Positions 1-12,998 of a stretch of 64,000 bases of DNA are shown piece by piece. Under the pieces are notes generated by a model that had not been told where the DNA came from, did not search any database, and worked only from the letters and a program-made list of their open reading frames with translations. This DNA is from Macrostomum hystrix. Lineage: Eukaryota > Animalia > Platyhelminthes. Position 1 is the stretch's first letter; every line of letters begins with the position of its first letter. The translations under genes were made by a program, and so were the position numbers. Location: positions 17,732,001 through 17,796,000 of the forward strand of contig CATNEN010000001.1 of the NCBI GenBank assembly GCA_950097015.1. The letters run 5' to 3'.

Positions 1-73
1 CCCCTACCCCTGTTCCCCTACCCCTGTTCCCCTACCCCTCTCTCACCCCTAGCCCACCCGCCCCTCCCCGCAG

Positions 74-3000
74 ACGCCAATCGTGAAGCCGTTCAACCCG
101 CCGACCGGGTCCTACACGCTGCTCGGTCTGGCCTGCCTGCTGCATCTCTACCACGCCGCCGCCGCCCTGCCAGTGGCTCGCCGCTGCCAGTCGCAGACCT
201 ACTGGACCCGCTGTCACGCCAGCTTGATCGCCTGCCTGGCCCTGCTAAGCCAGGCCGCCCTGTTGACTCAGGTGGCGCGCGCGTTGCTGTGCCGTTTCGG
301 CTCCGCAGCCATCGTCTACCTGAGCCAATGCCAGCTGCTCTGGCTGTGTCTGTGCTCCTGGCACTCTTGCCGCCTGGTGAGACACGGCCCCAGGGCCGAC
401 CTATGCGGCCTGGCCGCCAGTAGGTTTGTGGCCTTCCTAGTGCCTGCCGGATCTACCGCCTTCACCCTGGCTTTGGCCGGTGATGCCATCGGCAGTCTGG
501 CACCTTTGTGAGGGCACATTTAAGCACTTATCTGTTTGGGAATGGGAGAATCTGGGATTTGTGGTAAAGATTAGAGGATCGGATAATCTGGGATTTCTGG
601 AAGATTGGAGAATGGGATAATTTGGGATTTCTGGGAAAGATCGGAAGATGAGATAATTTAGAATTCGGAAAATATTACAGGATGGGATAATCTGACATTT
701 GGGGAAATATTAGAGGATAAGATAATCTTGAGTTTGGGAAACTATTAGAGAATGGGATAATCTGAGGATTTGGAAACTATTAGAGAATGGGATAATCTGA
801 GGATTTGGGAAAATATTAGAGAATGGGATAATCTGAGGATTTGGAAACTATTAGAGAATGGGATAATCTGAGGATTTGGAAACTATTAGAGAATGGGATA
901 ATCTGAGGATTTGGAAAAAATATTAGAGAATGGGATAATCTGAGGATTTGGGAAAATATTAGAGAATGGGATAATCTGAGGATTTGGAAACTATTAGAGA
1001 ATGGGATAATCTGAGGATTTGGGAAAATATTAGAGAATGGGATAATCTGAGGATTTGGGAAAATATTAGAGAATGGGATAATCTGAGGATTTGGAAACTA
1101 TTAGAGAATGGGATAATCTGAGGATTTGGGAAAATATTAGAGAATGGGATAATCTGAGGATTTGGAACTTTCTTTTCACTTTTCCAATCCTTTCCTTCCC
1201 TGCCGTCCGCAGCTGCTGGGTGTCTCCCGTGGGCAGCCTGCCAGTGTCTGTGTATCTGCCCTACGGTCTGCTCTGCATCGTTTGCGTTGGCACAGCCGCA
1301 GCCGCGGGCGCTATCCTACCTGTGATGAGGCGGCGAACAGCCTCCAACAATAGTACCTGCTGCTCGGCTAGCAACGGTTGCCATGAGACAAACGCTAACG
1401 TTGCAAATGTTGGCGCTATTGTGGTTAAAGGTATTCTCAAAGGTGGCGCCCATAGCAACAACGCTCGCGGCGTTCATAGTGATGAACCTGTTGCCCATAG
1501 CAACCAAGCAGTCTGCCTTAGCAACGGTCGCAACTTACAGACAGTCGAGTCAGATTCTCATGTGCTCACTAATCAGAGCGAGTTTGTCGAGTCAATCATA
1601 ACGTCCCTGCCTGTTGCTATGACAACCTGCGCCAGTCGGTCCGCGCTGTCGTCGGCAGGCTGGTGCTTGGCCTACGCTGGCGCCAGCGGATACTCCGCCA
1701 ATCTGTACATGGCAGCCGCCGGCCTTTGGCTAGCCGAAGCTGTCCTGGCGGTGCTGCTGGAACAGGCTGTCGAGCCAGTCGGTCGTAGTCTATGGCGGCA
1801 CCTTGTTCAGCACCGAAGGTTGCCGAAATTCGATGCCAAACTTGCCGGCGTTAACTCGGCCCTGGTTGGCGGGTGAGTTTCTTGTTTGCTGATCGTGGAT
1901 TCTTAGTGGGATGTCAGTAGGGTGTTAGTGAGATGTCAGTAGCGTGTTAGTGAGATGTCAGTAGCGTGTTAGTGAGATGTCAGTAGGATGTTAGTGGGAT
2001 GTCAGTAGCGTGTTAGTGAGATGTCAGTAGGATGTTAGTGGGATGTCAGTAGCGTGTTAGTGAGATGTCAGTAGCGTGTTAGTGAGATGTCAGTAGCGTG
2101 TTAGTGAGATGTCAGTAGCGTGTTAGTGAGATGTCAGTAGGATGTTAGTGGGATGTCAGTAGGGTGTTAGTGAGATGTCAGTAGCGTGTCAGTGAGATGT
2201 CAGTAGGATGTTAGTGAGATGTCAGTAGCGTGTTAGTGAGATGTCAGTAGTGTGTTAGTGAGATGTCAGTAGTGTGTTAGTGAGATGTCAGTAGCGTGTT
2301 AGTGAGATGTCAGTAGCGTGTTAGTGAGATGTCAGTAGCGTGTTAGTGAGATGTCAGTAGGATGTTAGTGGGATGTCAGTAGGGTGTTAGTGAGATGTCA
2401 GTAGCGTGTCAGTGAGATGTCAGTAGGATGTTAGTGAGATGTCAGTAGGGTGTTAGTGAGATGTCAGTAGGGTGTTAGTGGGATGTCAGTAGGATGTTAG
2501 TGGGATGTCAGTAGGATGTTAGTGAGATGTCAGTAGGATATTGGTAAATATATCTGGGGTGTCAGAATAGTCTAGTGAGTTGTCAGTTGTTCCCTGGATG
2601 AGTAATCAACAGGTTTTCTTCCGTGACATTGGAATGTATTTCGGCTGCAATGCGAGCCTAATTTATCGTCGAAACTTCCAGAGCAAGTCGTCATCCAGTT
2701 GCTTCTTCTGTTCCGCCTCTGTCGCTAGCGATTCCGACATCGCTGCCAACGCTTCAACCACTCACCCCCACCGCCGCAACCGTCCACTTCGCACCAAGCT
2801 GCAACCCAGCCAGCAACTTGGCCTCCAGCCACTCTTCAGACGATGTCAATGATTCAACTTCCGAGTCATCCTCCGTCAGCCTGGAGATGCCGCCGCCGCA
2901 TCTGCTTCAGCAGCTGGAGCACCAGGCTGCGACATCTGGCTCCTCGCCCGCCACCGGCACTCGGGTCTCCTCCGCCTTCGCCAGCTTGATCAGCTCCCGT

Positions 3001-5601
3001 GGCAGCAGCACCCTGCCTCTGACGGCCTCCGCCGGCTACATTGATGTCGTTTGTCAGCCGCCACGCCCGCCGCCGCGACCGTTGAAATCGCCGGCTTATC
3101 GACGCCAGCTGCTCGACGCTGTCGACGGGGCGTTCTGCTACGACCGCCCAATGACGGATTTGTCCCTGTCTGGCGAGGCCTCGTCTATCGGCGGCGGTGG
3201 GTCCTCCTTTGAGGCTCCCTACGAGTATCTGCCAGTGCTGTGAGTGAGCACAACATCCACAGCAGTCCCTCAATGCTTCAGGATCACTCTCAATGCTTCA
3301 GGATCACACTCTCAATGCTTCAGGATCACACTCTCAATGCTTCAGGATCACACTCTCAATGCTTCAGGATCACACTCTCAATGCTTCAGGATCACACTCT
3401 CAATGCTTCAGGATCACTCTCAATGCTTCAGGATCACACTCTCAATGCTTCAGGATCACACTCTCAATGCTTCAGGATCACACTCAATGCTTCAGGATCA
3501 CACTCTCAATGCTTCAGGATCACACTTTCAATGCTTCAGGATCACTCTCAATGCTTCAGGATCACTCTCAATGCTTCAGGATCACACTCTCAATGCTTCA
3601 GGATCACACTCTCAATGCTTCAGGATCACACTTTCAATGCTTCAGGATCACACTCTCAATGCTTCAGGATCACACTTTCAATGCTTCAGGATCACACTCA
3701 ATGCTTCAGGATCACACTCAATGCTTCAGGATCACACTCAATGCTTCAGGATCACACTCAATGCTTCAGGATCACACTCTCAATGCTTCAGGATCACACT
3801 CAATGCTTCAGGATCACACTCAATGCTTCAGGATCACACTCAATGCTTCAGGATCACACTCTCAATGCTTCAGGATCACACTCTCAATGCTTCAGGATCA
3901 CACTCTCAATGCTTCAGGATCACACTCTCAATGCTTCAGGATCACACTCTCAATGCTTCAGGATCACACTCTCAATGCTTCAGGATCACACTCTCAATGC
4001 TTCAGGATCACACTCTCAATGCTTCAGGATCACACTCTCAATGCTTCAGGATCACACTCTCAATGCTTCAGGATCACACTCTCAATGCTTCAGGATCACT
4101 CTCAATGCTTCAGGATCACACTCTCAATGCTTCAGGATCACACTCTCAATGCTTCAGGATCACACTCTCAATGCTTCAGGATCACATTCTCAATGCTTCA
4201 GGATCACACTCTCAATGCTTCAGGATCACTCTCAATGCTTCAGGATCACTCTCAATGCTTCAGGATCACTCTCAATGCTTCAGGATCACATTCTCAATGC
4301 TTCAGGATCACACTCTCAATGCTTCAGGATCACTCTCAATGCTTCAGGATCACACTCTCAATGCTTCAGGATCACTCTCAATGCTTCAGGATCACTCTCA
4401 ATGCTTCAGGATCACTCTCAATGCTTCAGGATCACACTCTCAATGCTTCAGGATCACACTCTCAATGCTTCAGGATCACACTCTCAATGCTTCAGGATCA
4501 CTCTCAATGCTTCAGGATCACACTTTCAATGCTTCAGGATCACTCTCAATGCTTCAGGATCACTCTCAATGCTTCAGGATCACACTCTCAATGCTTCAGG
4601 ATCACACTCTCAATGCTTCAGGATCACACTCTCAATGCTTCAGGATCACACTCTCAATGCTTCAGGATCACACTTTCAATGCTTCAGGATCACACTCTCA
4701 ATGCTTCAGGATCACACTTTCAATGCTTCAGGATCACACTCAATGCTTCAGGATCACACTCAATGCTTCAGGATCACACTCAATGCTTCAGGATCACACT
4801 CAATGCTTCAGGATCACACTCAATGCTTCAGGATCACACTCTCAATGCTTCAGGATCACACTCAATGCTTCAGGATCACACTCAATGCTTCAGGATCACA
4901 CTCAATGCTTCAGGATCACACTCTCAATGCTTCAGGATCACTCTCAATGCTTCAGGATCACTCTCAATGCTTCAGGATCACTCTCAATGCTTCAGGATCA
5001 CTCTCAATGCTTCAGGATCACACTCTCAATGCTTCAGGATCACATTCTCAATGCTTCAGGATCACATTCTCAATGCTTCAGGATCACACTCTGAATGCTT
5101 CAGGATCACACTCTCAATGCTTCAGGATCACTCTCAATGCTTCAGGATCACACTCTCAATGCTTCAGGATCACACTCAATGCTTCAGGATCACACTCAAT
5201 GCTTCAGGATCACACTCTCAATGCTTCAGGATCACACTCAATGCTTCAGGATCACACTCAATGCTTCAGGATCACACTCAATGCTTCAGGATCACACTCA
5301 ATGCTTCAGGATCACACTCAATGCTTCAGGATCACACTCAATGCTTCAGGATCACTCTCAATGCTTCAGGATCACACTCAATGCTTCAGGATCACACTCA
5401 ATGCTTCAGGATCACTCATAATGCTTCAAGATGACTCATAATCCTTCAGGATCACATTCTCAATGCTTCAGTGTCAGAAACCTTTTCTTCAGGTCTAACC
5501 ATGGACAAATTTGTCGTTCCATCTGGCACGCTTGTGCATAAATATATTTAAGAAATCAAATTATATTTTTTTTCAGATTCCCTGAAGAGACAAGCGTTTA
5601 A
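74..5601 (+). CDS. 3' part of an adhesion/class-B-like 7TM GPCR (5' exons lie outside the window); C-terminus ...YEYLPVLFPEETSV*
   Basis: Exons 74-507, 1213-1872, 2682-3239 and 5577-5601 have GT-AG boundaries that join in phase (tt|c, gg|a, ct|a). Hydrophobic helices; TM3-like LCRFGSAAIVYLSQCQLLW; ECL2-like FCWVSP; Ser/Pro-rich tail ending in a class I PDZ ligand. Confidence 0.7.
540..1167. repeat. 35-36 bp minisatellite in a GPCR intron
   Basis: Tandem GAAACTATTAGAGAATGGGATAATCTGAGGATTTG, degenerate toward the 5' end. Confidence 0.95.
1903..2540. repeat. 22 bp minisatellite in a GPCR intron
   Basis: Tandem TAGTGAGATGTCAGTAGCGTGT variants. Confidence 0.95.
3268..5470. repeat. 20/22 bp minisatellite (~2.2 kb) in the last GPCR intron
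   Basis: Tandem CTCAATGCTTCAGGATCACACT with 20-bp variants, between the donor at 3240 (GTGAGT) and the acceptor at 5576. Confidence 0.97.
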
Positions 5602-5852
5602 GCTGAAAACGAACATGACAGTTTGCTGGCAAATTTAAGGCAGATTAAATTCACTAGCAGTCAGTTCAACGACTGTGCATTTTTGTGCGCACGAGAATTT
5701 TTTGTAATTTTTCATGTATTTTTATAGCAGATTTTATTGTACTTTTAATGATTTAATACGTCTTAAATCATGTTTTTTGACGACCGAAGGACTACTGGCG
5801 AGTTGGTAATTACCTTTTTATGCTTCAGATTGCAGGGCTAATGACTATGCTG

Positions 5853-6285
5853 TACTCGAGATCATCAGGGTGTAATGACCAACATGAATACTAGAGATCA
5901 TCAGGGTGTAATGACCAACATGAATACTAGAGATCATCAGGGTGTAATGACCAACATGAATACTAGAGATCATCAGGGTGTAATGACCAACATGAATACT
6001 AGAGATCATCAGGGTGTAATGACCAACATGAATACTAGAGATCATCAGGATGTAATGACCAACATGAATACTAGAGATCATCAGGGTGTAATGACCAACA
6101 TGACTAGTAGATATCATTAGGGTGTAATGACCAACATGACTAGTAGATATCATTAGGGTGTAATGACCAACATGACTAGTAGATATCATTAGGGTGTAAT
6201 GACCAACATGACTAGTAGATATCATTAGGGTGTAATGACCAACATGACTAGTAGATATCATTAGGATGTAATGACCAACATGAAT
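5853..6285. repeat. 36 bp minisatellite with two unit variants in blocks
   Basis: Tandem CATGAATACTAGAGATCATCAGGGTGTAATGACCAA, switching to a CATGACTAGTAGATATCATTAGG variant after ~6100. Confidence 0.95.
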
Positions 6286-7003
6286 AGACATTGCCAACCA
6301 GCCATGCCAGTCTGTTCAGATTACCGATTATCACAGCTGAGAAACGCATTTAACTCTCTGTTTCATGGTACTACTTATTTATCTTTTTCAGAAGTACTTA
6401 GTACCATTCTATTCTATTTTACTATTTTATGGAATACTAGACTAGACTAGAGTTTGACATCATGGTAGCTACACATATTGCCTATTGTATCTAGTTTAGA
6501 ACCCATATGTCGTCTTTGTGTGCTAAATCTTTTGTGCCACTTTTTTGCCTTGATTTTTGTCGTTAAAAATTCGTTTAAATTTTTATATCTGCAGTTTTTA
6601 TCTGTTTATTTCACGCGTTCTCGTGTTCAGCAATTTTAGCTGTGCGACAACAGTGCCTTAGGCCCAATCTCAAGCGTGTCTTTGTGGCGTTGACTAAATA
6701 CATAATAGCAGGACTTGGCATGTGTCACACACTCATTTTGACAAACAAGTGCGCTTGTGGCCTCCGTGTCTTAGTCAATGCTTCTTAGCTTGCGTGTGCC
6801 CTTCAAGATTGGCCTGTACTGTGAGTATTTAATTCTCTTTCGTTACTGGCTGTCAGTCATTGGCTAACATGGTGAAGATACTCAAGGGCAGACATGCAGG
6901 ACTCAAGGGCTAGCAACATAATAAACTTGGAAGGCCTGCCTCGCCTCTAACGTGTGGAACAGTTGCGAATTTTGTCAGATACGTCGGGACACGGCAAAGG
7001 GCA

Positions 7004-8071
7004 ATGAATATTACTATTCAGACAGCCTGCATACTTTTGTTCTTAGCAATGGCGCACGTTGCTGCGAGCTGCAGTCGGCGCTGGTGCCAGTACCGGATGA
7101 TGCAGTGCATCGACGACAGCTCGGCGATGACTCGGTGGAACTCGCTGCAAAGCCTGCATGGCTGCGTGTTGAAAGCGAGCGGCACACCTGACGACCTCGT
7201 GCTTCAGTGGAACAAGCAGACAGGTGTGTGCTCGATCTTCCACTACCAGCATGTGTGTCGCATGATGCAGGCGAGTGGAGCAAAGCCGATGGGAGGCCAG
7301 TCGAGCAGCAGCGATCAGGCCGCAGTCGACGGCTCGGTGCAGCAGTGCTCGGTGTATCGCGCCAAGTCGTTGGCGAGCTGCGACGCCTCGCTGCTCAACG
7401 CTCAGTTGGTCGGTGTGTGGCTGGCAGGTGGGAGCAACAGATTCAGCAACCTGGTGTGTCAGAGCAGTGAGCCCGCTTCGAGCAGCAGCTATCGACTGGA
7501 GAGTGCGAACTTGCAGTGGACTGAGGAGGGCGCCCAGTTCGACGGACACTCGTCCTACGCGCTGCTCAACGACAGTCGCTCCTGCTCCAGCGATACCTCC
7601 ACTGGCTTCACGTGGCTGATGAGGCTGAAGAGGGAGCCGAGGGTCCAGCCCTTCATGGAGGCCGTGTCCTGTGACAACGGTCCGTTGACATTCGGGCCGC
7701 ACATGTGGGAGTTCGGGACAGCCCTGAAGCTGTACCTCAATCCGGTCCTGAGTATCACGCCGCCAATCATGTCCTCAGCGGAAGATTTGCCTGCCTCAAG
7801 TTTCTCTTGGATCGACATCGGCGCTGTGGTGGAAGCTGGGCGACTTGATGTGCGCCTGTTCTTCAACGGCAGCTTCATCAGTGCCCAACCGCAATCAGCT
7901 AATTCGGCAAGCTTCTCGACAGCGTGCTGCCACGTGTACATCGGGTACAGGCCGGTTGGCTACACCAGTGACGTGAACCAATGCCTGCTGGGAGTTGTGA
8001 GTGCCATCGCAGTGGCCAACAGATCGCTGAGTGCAGACGAGATCCGCCAGTTCTTCTTTGCACTGGGCTAA
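7004..8071 (+). CDS. Secreted protein with Cys-rich PAN/apple-like N-domain and LamG/concanavalin-A-like domain (family copy 1, intact, intronless)
   Basis: 355-aa ATG ORF. Signal peptide MNITIQTACILLFLAMAHVAA; PAN-like SLHGCVLK...QWNKQTGVCSIF; LamG-3-like FDGHSSYALL, FTWLMRLK, LFFNG, VYIG and NRSLSADEI. Confidence 0.75.
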   Translation: MNITIQTACILLFLAMAHVAASCSRRWCQYRMMQCIDDSSAMTRWNSLQSLHGCVLKASGTPDDLVLQWNKQTGVCSIFHYQHVCRMMQASGAKPMGGQSSSSDQAAVDGSVQQCSVYRAKSLASCDASLLNAQLVGVWLAGGSNRFSNLVCQSSEPASSSSYRLESANLQWTEEGAQFDGHSSYALLNDSRSCSSDTSTGFTWLMRLKREPRVQPFMEAVSCDNGPLTFGPHMWEFGTALKLYLNPVLSITPPIMSSAEDLPASSFSWIDIGAVVEAGRLDVRLFFNGSFISAQPQSANSASFSTACCHVYIGYRPVGYTSDVNQCLLGVVSAIAVANRSLSADEIRQFFFALG

Positions 8072-8666
8072 GATGGACTTTTACCAGAGCCTAGGACGAA
8101 AGTTTTCTGCGAACTTCTCACGGGACAAAATGAGTAAATTCTCTTTGCCAGATGTGAATGTGCTCCACTGACAGTCAATGGGCACTTTACACAGCCCTAA
8201 GTGGTTCTTGTCGATTGTCAAAAATGGGACTTGGGATAACTGGTATTTTTAGAGATCACTTGCAAGACACGTAGTTAATTTTTCTTAAGCATTAGCTCGC
8301 ATACGCACTTGAAAGCAAACACAGCAGGTGTGACAGTTCTCAAAGGCATCAACTTTGTCTGAAGAAGGATCCTGCAGTACACGAGCTGTCTACTGAGCTG
8401 TTAACTATTTTTTCAGCTTTGTTTTGTTAATTAAAACAGCGGCACGGAAACACACCGTATGGCGTAGAGGTGATTTAGTGGATAATGTAAAATAAAAAAA
8501 TACTAGCAACAACCTGTCTGCCATTTAAATTGCAACATCTCTAAGCTTCAACGCTTTGTTTATTTGGCTACTAGAAGAATCTTAAGAAATAAATTAACAA
8601 CGAAATTTTAGTTCCATTGCACCTTTAGTTTAAAGAAAACATGACGAAATTCTTTAACGCTCTAAG

Positions 8667-10055
8667 TTAGTGGCCATCCACAATCTTCATCAGCTCGTCC
8701 AACATCCTGTACGTCGCCAGCCTTCTCTTGTCGGCGCCTCGGGTCAGCTTGGCGAAGATCTCCAGCAGCCGGCCGTCCTGACTCTGTTCCAGCTGCTTCT
8801 TGTCCATTTCTGGATGCGGTCCGAACAGCAGCGCGCCTCCTGTCGGGTTTAGAGTGTCAGTTGAAAAATTGACATGTCCGAACAGCATTACTAAGAGCAG
8901 ATTAGCATAAAACAGCGATTTAGAAATATCAATTAGCTCATAGATACCATAAATATAGTTTGCAGTTTTTATTAGGACTTTGAATATGGTGACACTAGAC
9001 CTGCAGCCATTGAGGAGACTCCTGAGCACACACGCGCACTGTACGCAGGCACACACAGGTGTGTAACATCTGCCCTGACTTTATCATCGTCAGGCAGTGT
9101 ACACTTTTACTGCGCCTTGGAGGTTGGCCCTCAAGGGCATTAAAGCCCCCAAGCCTTCTCTCCGCGGCTGCGCCCCAAAGGAATGTGGCCTCGCCGCGGA
9201 ATCGAGTTTAAGGGACCTTGGTGCGAGAGGCAAACTGATTAGACCACTCTGCCACTGACGCCCCATCTGGCGTATGAAACTTTATCATCTAGATTTAAGC
9301 CGGCGACAGACTGAAAGATTTGGAGATCCGTAGTCAATGACGCAAAAAAGCTAAGCTAGCGTCAGGATTTCCATAATTCCATAAAAGAAGCGCCGCTAAG
9401 GTTTTGGGAGGCCACCCGGCGACTCACCGGAGCCGCACTTCACCAGAACCACGGCGGACTGGCCAGCGGCCTCCTCCTCCGTGTACACCGCCAGCTGCTG
9501 AACCGTTGAATCAGCGGCGTCGTCGTTCACAAACTTTGGTCCTCCATTGAAGTAGGCGTGCACTTTATCGTCCTCGTTGTTGTTGCCCAGTAGCGGGCCG
9601 CGGAGGGCGGTCTCAACGGCACGAGCTCCGGCCAGGGATTTGTAGTCGAAGCCGGGGAACACTGGCCCGATGGCACAGCCGCGGTACAGACCAAGCCGCG
9701 AGCCGACGACCTCCAGCTCCGGGTCGCCTTTAGCGAACTCGATCTCGCGGCAGGCGAAGTAGGCGCCGGCGCACATGCCGACAAAGCCGCAGCTGCCGGA
9801 TCGCACCCGATCGCCGAGGTTGGTCATTCCGGACTCGCGGAGGCAGCGCACGAAGCCGAGGTCGAAGCCGCCGGGAAAGGCGATCAGTCCGTACCGGCGC
9901 AGCGCCGCAGCGTCGTGAAACTCGCCACCGTCTGCGGTCTCGACTAGATCGATGGCCCGGCCGCGCTCTTTGAAGTAGCCGACTAACAGAGATTTTAGAT
10001 CGTCGCGAGCCTCCACATCGGCGCCCTCGCCAGTGTAGAGAAGAACAGACAGCAT
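8667..10055 (-). CDS. Standalone BPL_N (biotin-protein ligase N-terminal, class I glutamine amidotransferase-like) protein
   Basis: Exons 10055-9428 and 8839-8667 join in phase (g|ga; donor GTGAGT, acceptor CAG). Motifs VLLYTGEGA, FPGGFD, GMCAGAY, YFNGG and GPHPE. A stop follows with no ligase domain. Confidence 0.85.
8989..9240 (+). repeat. Dispersed non-coding repeat family (other copies ~12714-12900, ~37751-37952, ~21437-21530 reverse, ~60969-61020 partial)
   Basis: Shared GTGACACTAGACC(C/T)GCAGCCA, GACTC(C/A)TGAGCACACACGC, CAGGCAGTGTACACT, GGTTGGCCCT and GACCTTGGTGCGAGAG blocks. Confidence 0.75.
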
Positions 10056-10716
10056 TCTTGAGATTCGGATCGGGTTCAGACCAGTTTTCTAAGAAGCCAG
10101 CATGTGCAGTTGCAAATTGTGCACGCCTTTTATACTTATTTATCACAGACAGCTGTGACTCAGAGAGAATCGTGTTTTTCACGGAGTGAGGTTGGTTGAG
10201 CAGGGTCTTGATAGGGAGCCTGTTTCTCTGTTTGTCTAATCAACTCGCGACAGATTGTGTACAGGTACCGCAAGTGGACAAGAGTTAAGCTAAGCCCGAT
10301 CGGACAATTCTGCAGAGTGAGTTTTTGGCACCGCCGGTAAAAGTGTTTTTGTGAAGAACTTTCTCAGACATTTCTCGATCGCTGAGGTGTTGAATTACAC
10401 CTTTTCACCCAAAACCCTGTTGCTCACAGCTAGATCTGTGAAACAGACACGTTTTAGTTTTTAAATTCTGCAAACTGCAAAATCATTCCTTACTATCTAG
10501 GCATTGTAAATTCCTTCTGATCTGGCATTGTCTCATTGAACACAAAATAACCACACGCAGTCCTCTCCCACCACTCTCAGTGTGCACAGAAGTCTCTTTT
10601 AAGCTTGCCATTTTTATGGCGATATTTTTTAGTGTTATGTGAGAGTTTTGCAGCCAAGTCTTTGCTTTTCTACTGTTGTCAGTAGTCTGAATTGTATCTC
10701 TCACAATGAGTTTGTA

Positions 10717-11339
10717 CGAGGGCAATCCCAAAAATAAGTTTCGCTGCATTATAAATTTTTCTTAAGTACATTTTTGGCAAACGCGGTTAGTCATTCCTGA
10801 ATCTATATGTCTATGGCAAAAGGCACCAAAATTTTTAAAGCGAATGCAGTCTCACAAGCTGCAGGGCATCAAGTTAAACACAGCTTCGTTTGCGAAGATG
10901 GCCACTTCGGCTTCGTTCACACGATACGACGTCAGAAACATGATCAAGTTTTCAGTTTTGGCTAGCAAATCAACATCAGAGATTCATGAAGAGCTTGGAC
11001 AAGTTCTGAAAGATGATGCTCCATCAATTCAAACGGTTCGGAAATGGGTCCGTGAAGTTCAAGGAGGCAGGCTGTCGATGGAAGACAAAGAGCGGTCTGG
11101 AAGGCCAAGAACAGCCACCACTGATGCGAATGCAGAGCGTGTCAAAGCTGCAGTCACTGTTGACAGCAGATTGACTTGCAATGAGATCGAGGACCTCCTG
11201 GACATTCCTCACAGCACAGTGCATCGCATTCTTACTGAGTAACTATGACCTGCTTTGACTACTGTTAAAGTTTTAAGACTTTCCATCAAACTGTTGGCTT
11301 TTTATTGTTGACCGAAACTTACTTCTGGGATAGCCCTCG
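10717..11339 (+). mobile_element. Mariner-type DNA transposon, internally deleted (HTH region only, no DDD domain)
   Basis: TA flanks at 10715-16 and 11340-41. Imperfect TIRs CGAGGGCAATCCCAAAAATAAGTTTCG / CGAAACTTACTTCTGGGATAGCCCTCG. ORF 10844-11242 has mariner N-terminal motifs (APSIQTVRKW, DKERSGRP, STVHRIL). Confidence 0.9.
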
Positions 11340-11441
11340 TAGCTTAGAACAGTCGCTTAGCATAGATAATCGAGAGTGTAAAGCTTCAAATTATAAAAGC
11401 CTAACGAAAAAATTCACAACTGTAAAGCCTTGACGACACGA

Positions 11442-12243
11442 GTGACTGCGAGCTGCAGCAGGCGCTGGTGCCAGTACCGGATGATGCAGTGCATCGACGT
11501 CAGCTCGGCGATGACTCGGTGGAACTCGCTGCAAAGCCTGCACGGCTGCGTGTTGAAAGCGAGCAGCACACCTGACGACCTCGTGCTGTGCTCGATCTTG
11601 CACTACCAGCATGTGTGTCGCATGATGCAGGCGAGTGGAGCAAGGCCGATGGGAGGCCAGTCGAGCAGCAGCGATCAGGCCGCAGTCGACGGCTCGGTGC
11701 AGCAGTGCTCGGTGTATCGCGCCAAGTCGTTGGCGAGCTGCGACGCCTCGCTGCTCAACGCTCAGTTGGTCGGTGTGTGGCTGGCAGGTGGGAGCAACAG
11801 ATTCAGCAACCTGGTGTGTCAGAGCAGTGAGCCCGCTTCGAGCAGCAGCTATCGACTGGAGAGTGCGAACTTGCAGTGGACTGAGGAGGGCGCCCAGTTC
11901 GACGGACACTCGTCCTACGCGCTGCTCAACGACAGTCGCTCCTGCTCCAGCGATACCTCCACTGGCTTCACGTGGCTGATGAGGCTGAAGAGGGAGCCGA
12001 GGGTCCAGCCCTTCATGGAGGCCGTGTCCTGCTACAAAGACGATATTTTTGGTCCACACATGGCGGTCATTTTTAGTGGCAGGAGATGGGAAGAATCGAC
12101 CGCACCTGGCCGTCCTGCTTGTTGCTGTCAGTGGGACGCAGGTTTGCTTTTGGAGGCGCGAGCCTTCTGGGAGTTGTGCGGGCCGTGGCCATCGCCAACA
12201 CCTTGAGCAGCAGGTTCGCCAGTTCTCTCTCTCACTGGCTTGA
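11442..12243 (+). pseudogene. PAN/LamG family copy 2, pseudogene
   Basis: Near-identical to copy 1 through MEAVSC, but no ATG or signal peptide, a 24-bp deletion (loses QWNKQTGV), and a deletion/frameshift after GPHM. The 3' remnant reads SVGRRFAFGGASLLGVVRAVAIAN. Confidence 0.85.
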
Positions 12244-12998
12244 GCACAGCGAAATGGAACTAAGACTTACTTTGTTTTATTATACACTTTAATCATATTA
12301 ATTAACCTGATCTCTGCTGTGATAAGTAGCTGCTTAATTATTTTTTGCTGGAAGAACAATCACTTGTGTTTCATAAACTTTAAAGTTGATCAATTCAAAT
12401 GGAAAATTGTTCTGATGCTGATGACACAGGTATTTTCAAAGAAAGTACTTGTCTGTCTTCTCTGACTTTTTCTGTGAGTCATTTGAGTCATTCAGACTTT
12501 AGAGAAGTTGTATCAGAATATGTGAATTGTCCATGTTTATGCGCTCAGTAACAACTCAAAAAGCTACTCGTAAAAAACTCGGTCATTTGATAACTTTATC
12601 GAGAATACATGAGCAAAGAATATTGCACTTTGACAATGAAAACTCAGTAGCGCAAAGCTGCTATACAAATTAAAAAAATTGCAAGGGGGCTGCGGCCGAT
12701 GATACATCACTTGGTGACACTAGACCCGCAGCCAGCGAGGAGGCAATTCTGCCCATCCCGCTGACTCATGAGCACACACGCACACAAGTGACTTTCTCAA
12801 TTTGTCAGGCTGTGTACATTTCACTGTACCTTGGAGCTTTTTGGCTCGAAATGAAATGACCTTGGTGCGAGAGACTATGGGCAATGGAAGGACAGGACAT
12901 TGGTCTGTAGGAGCTAAAATTCTTGGCAGTAAATTAAAAAACCTCTCGGCACTTTTAAAGCTGCATGTCAGATTGATGCTTTTAGGCGGGAAGATTGG

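Noticed and set aside
3240-5441. 600-730 aa ORFs in all three plus frames
   Set aside because: The satellite unit has no plus-strand stop codon and the array lies within a GT-AG intron; not protein-coding.
5580-5612. Hammerhead-like CTGAAGA...GAAA
   Set aside because: Stem II does not pair; the sequence is better explained as the terminal coding exon.
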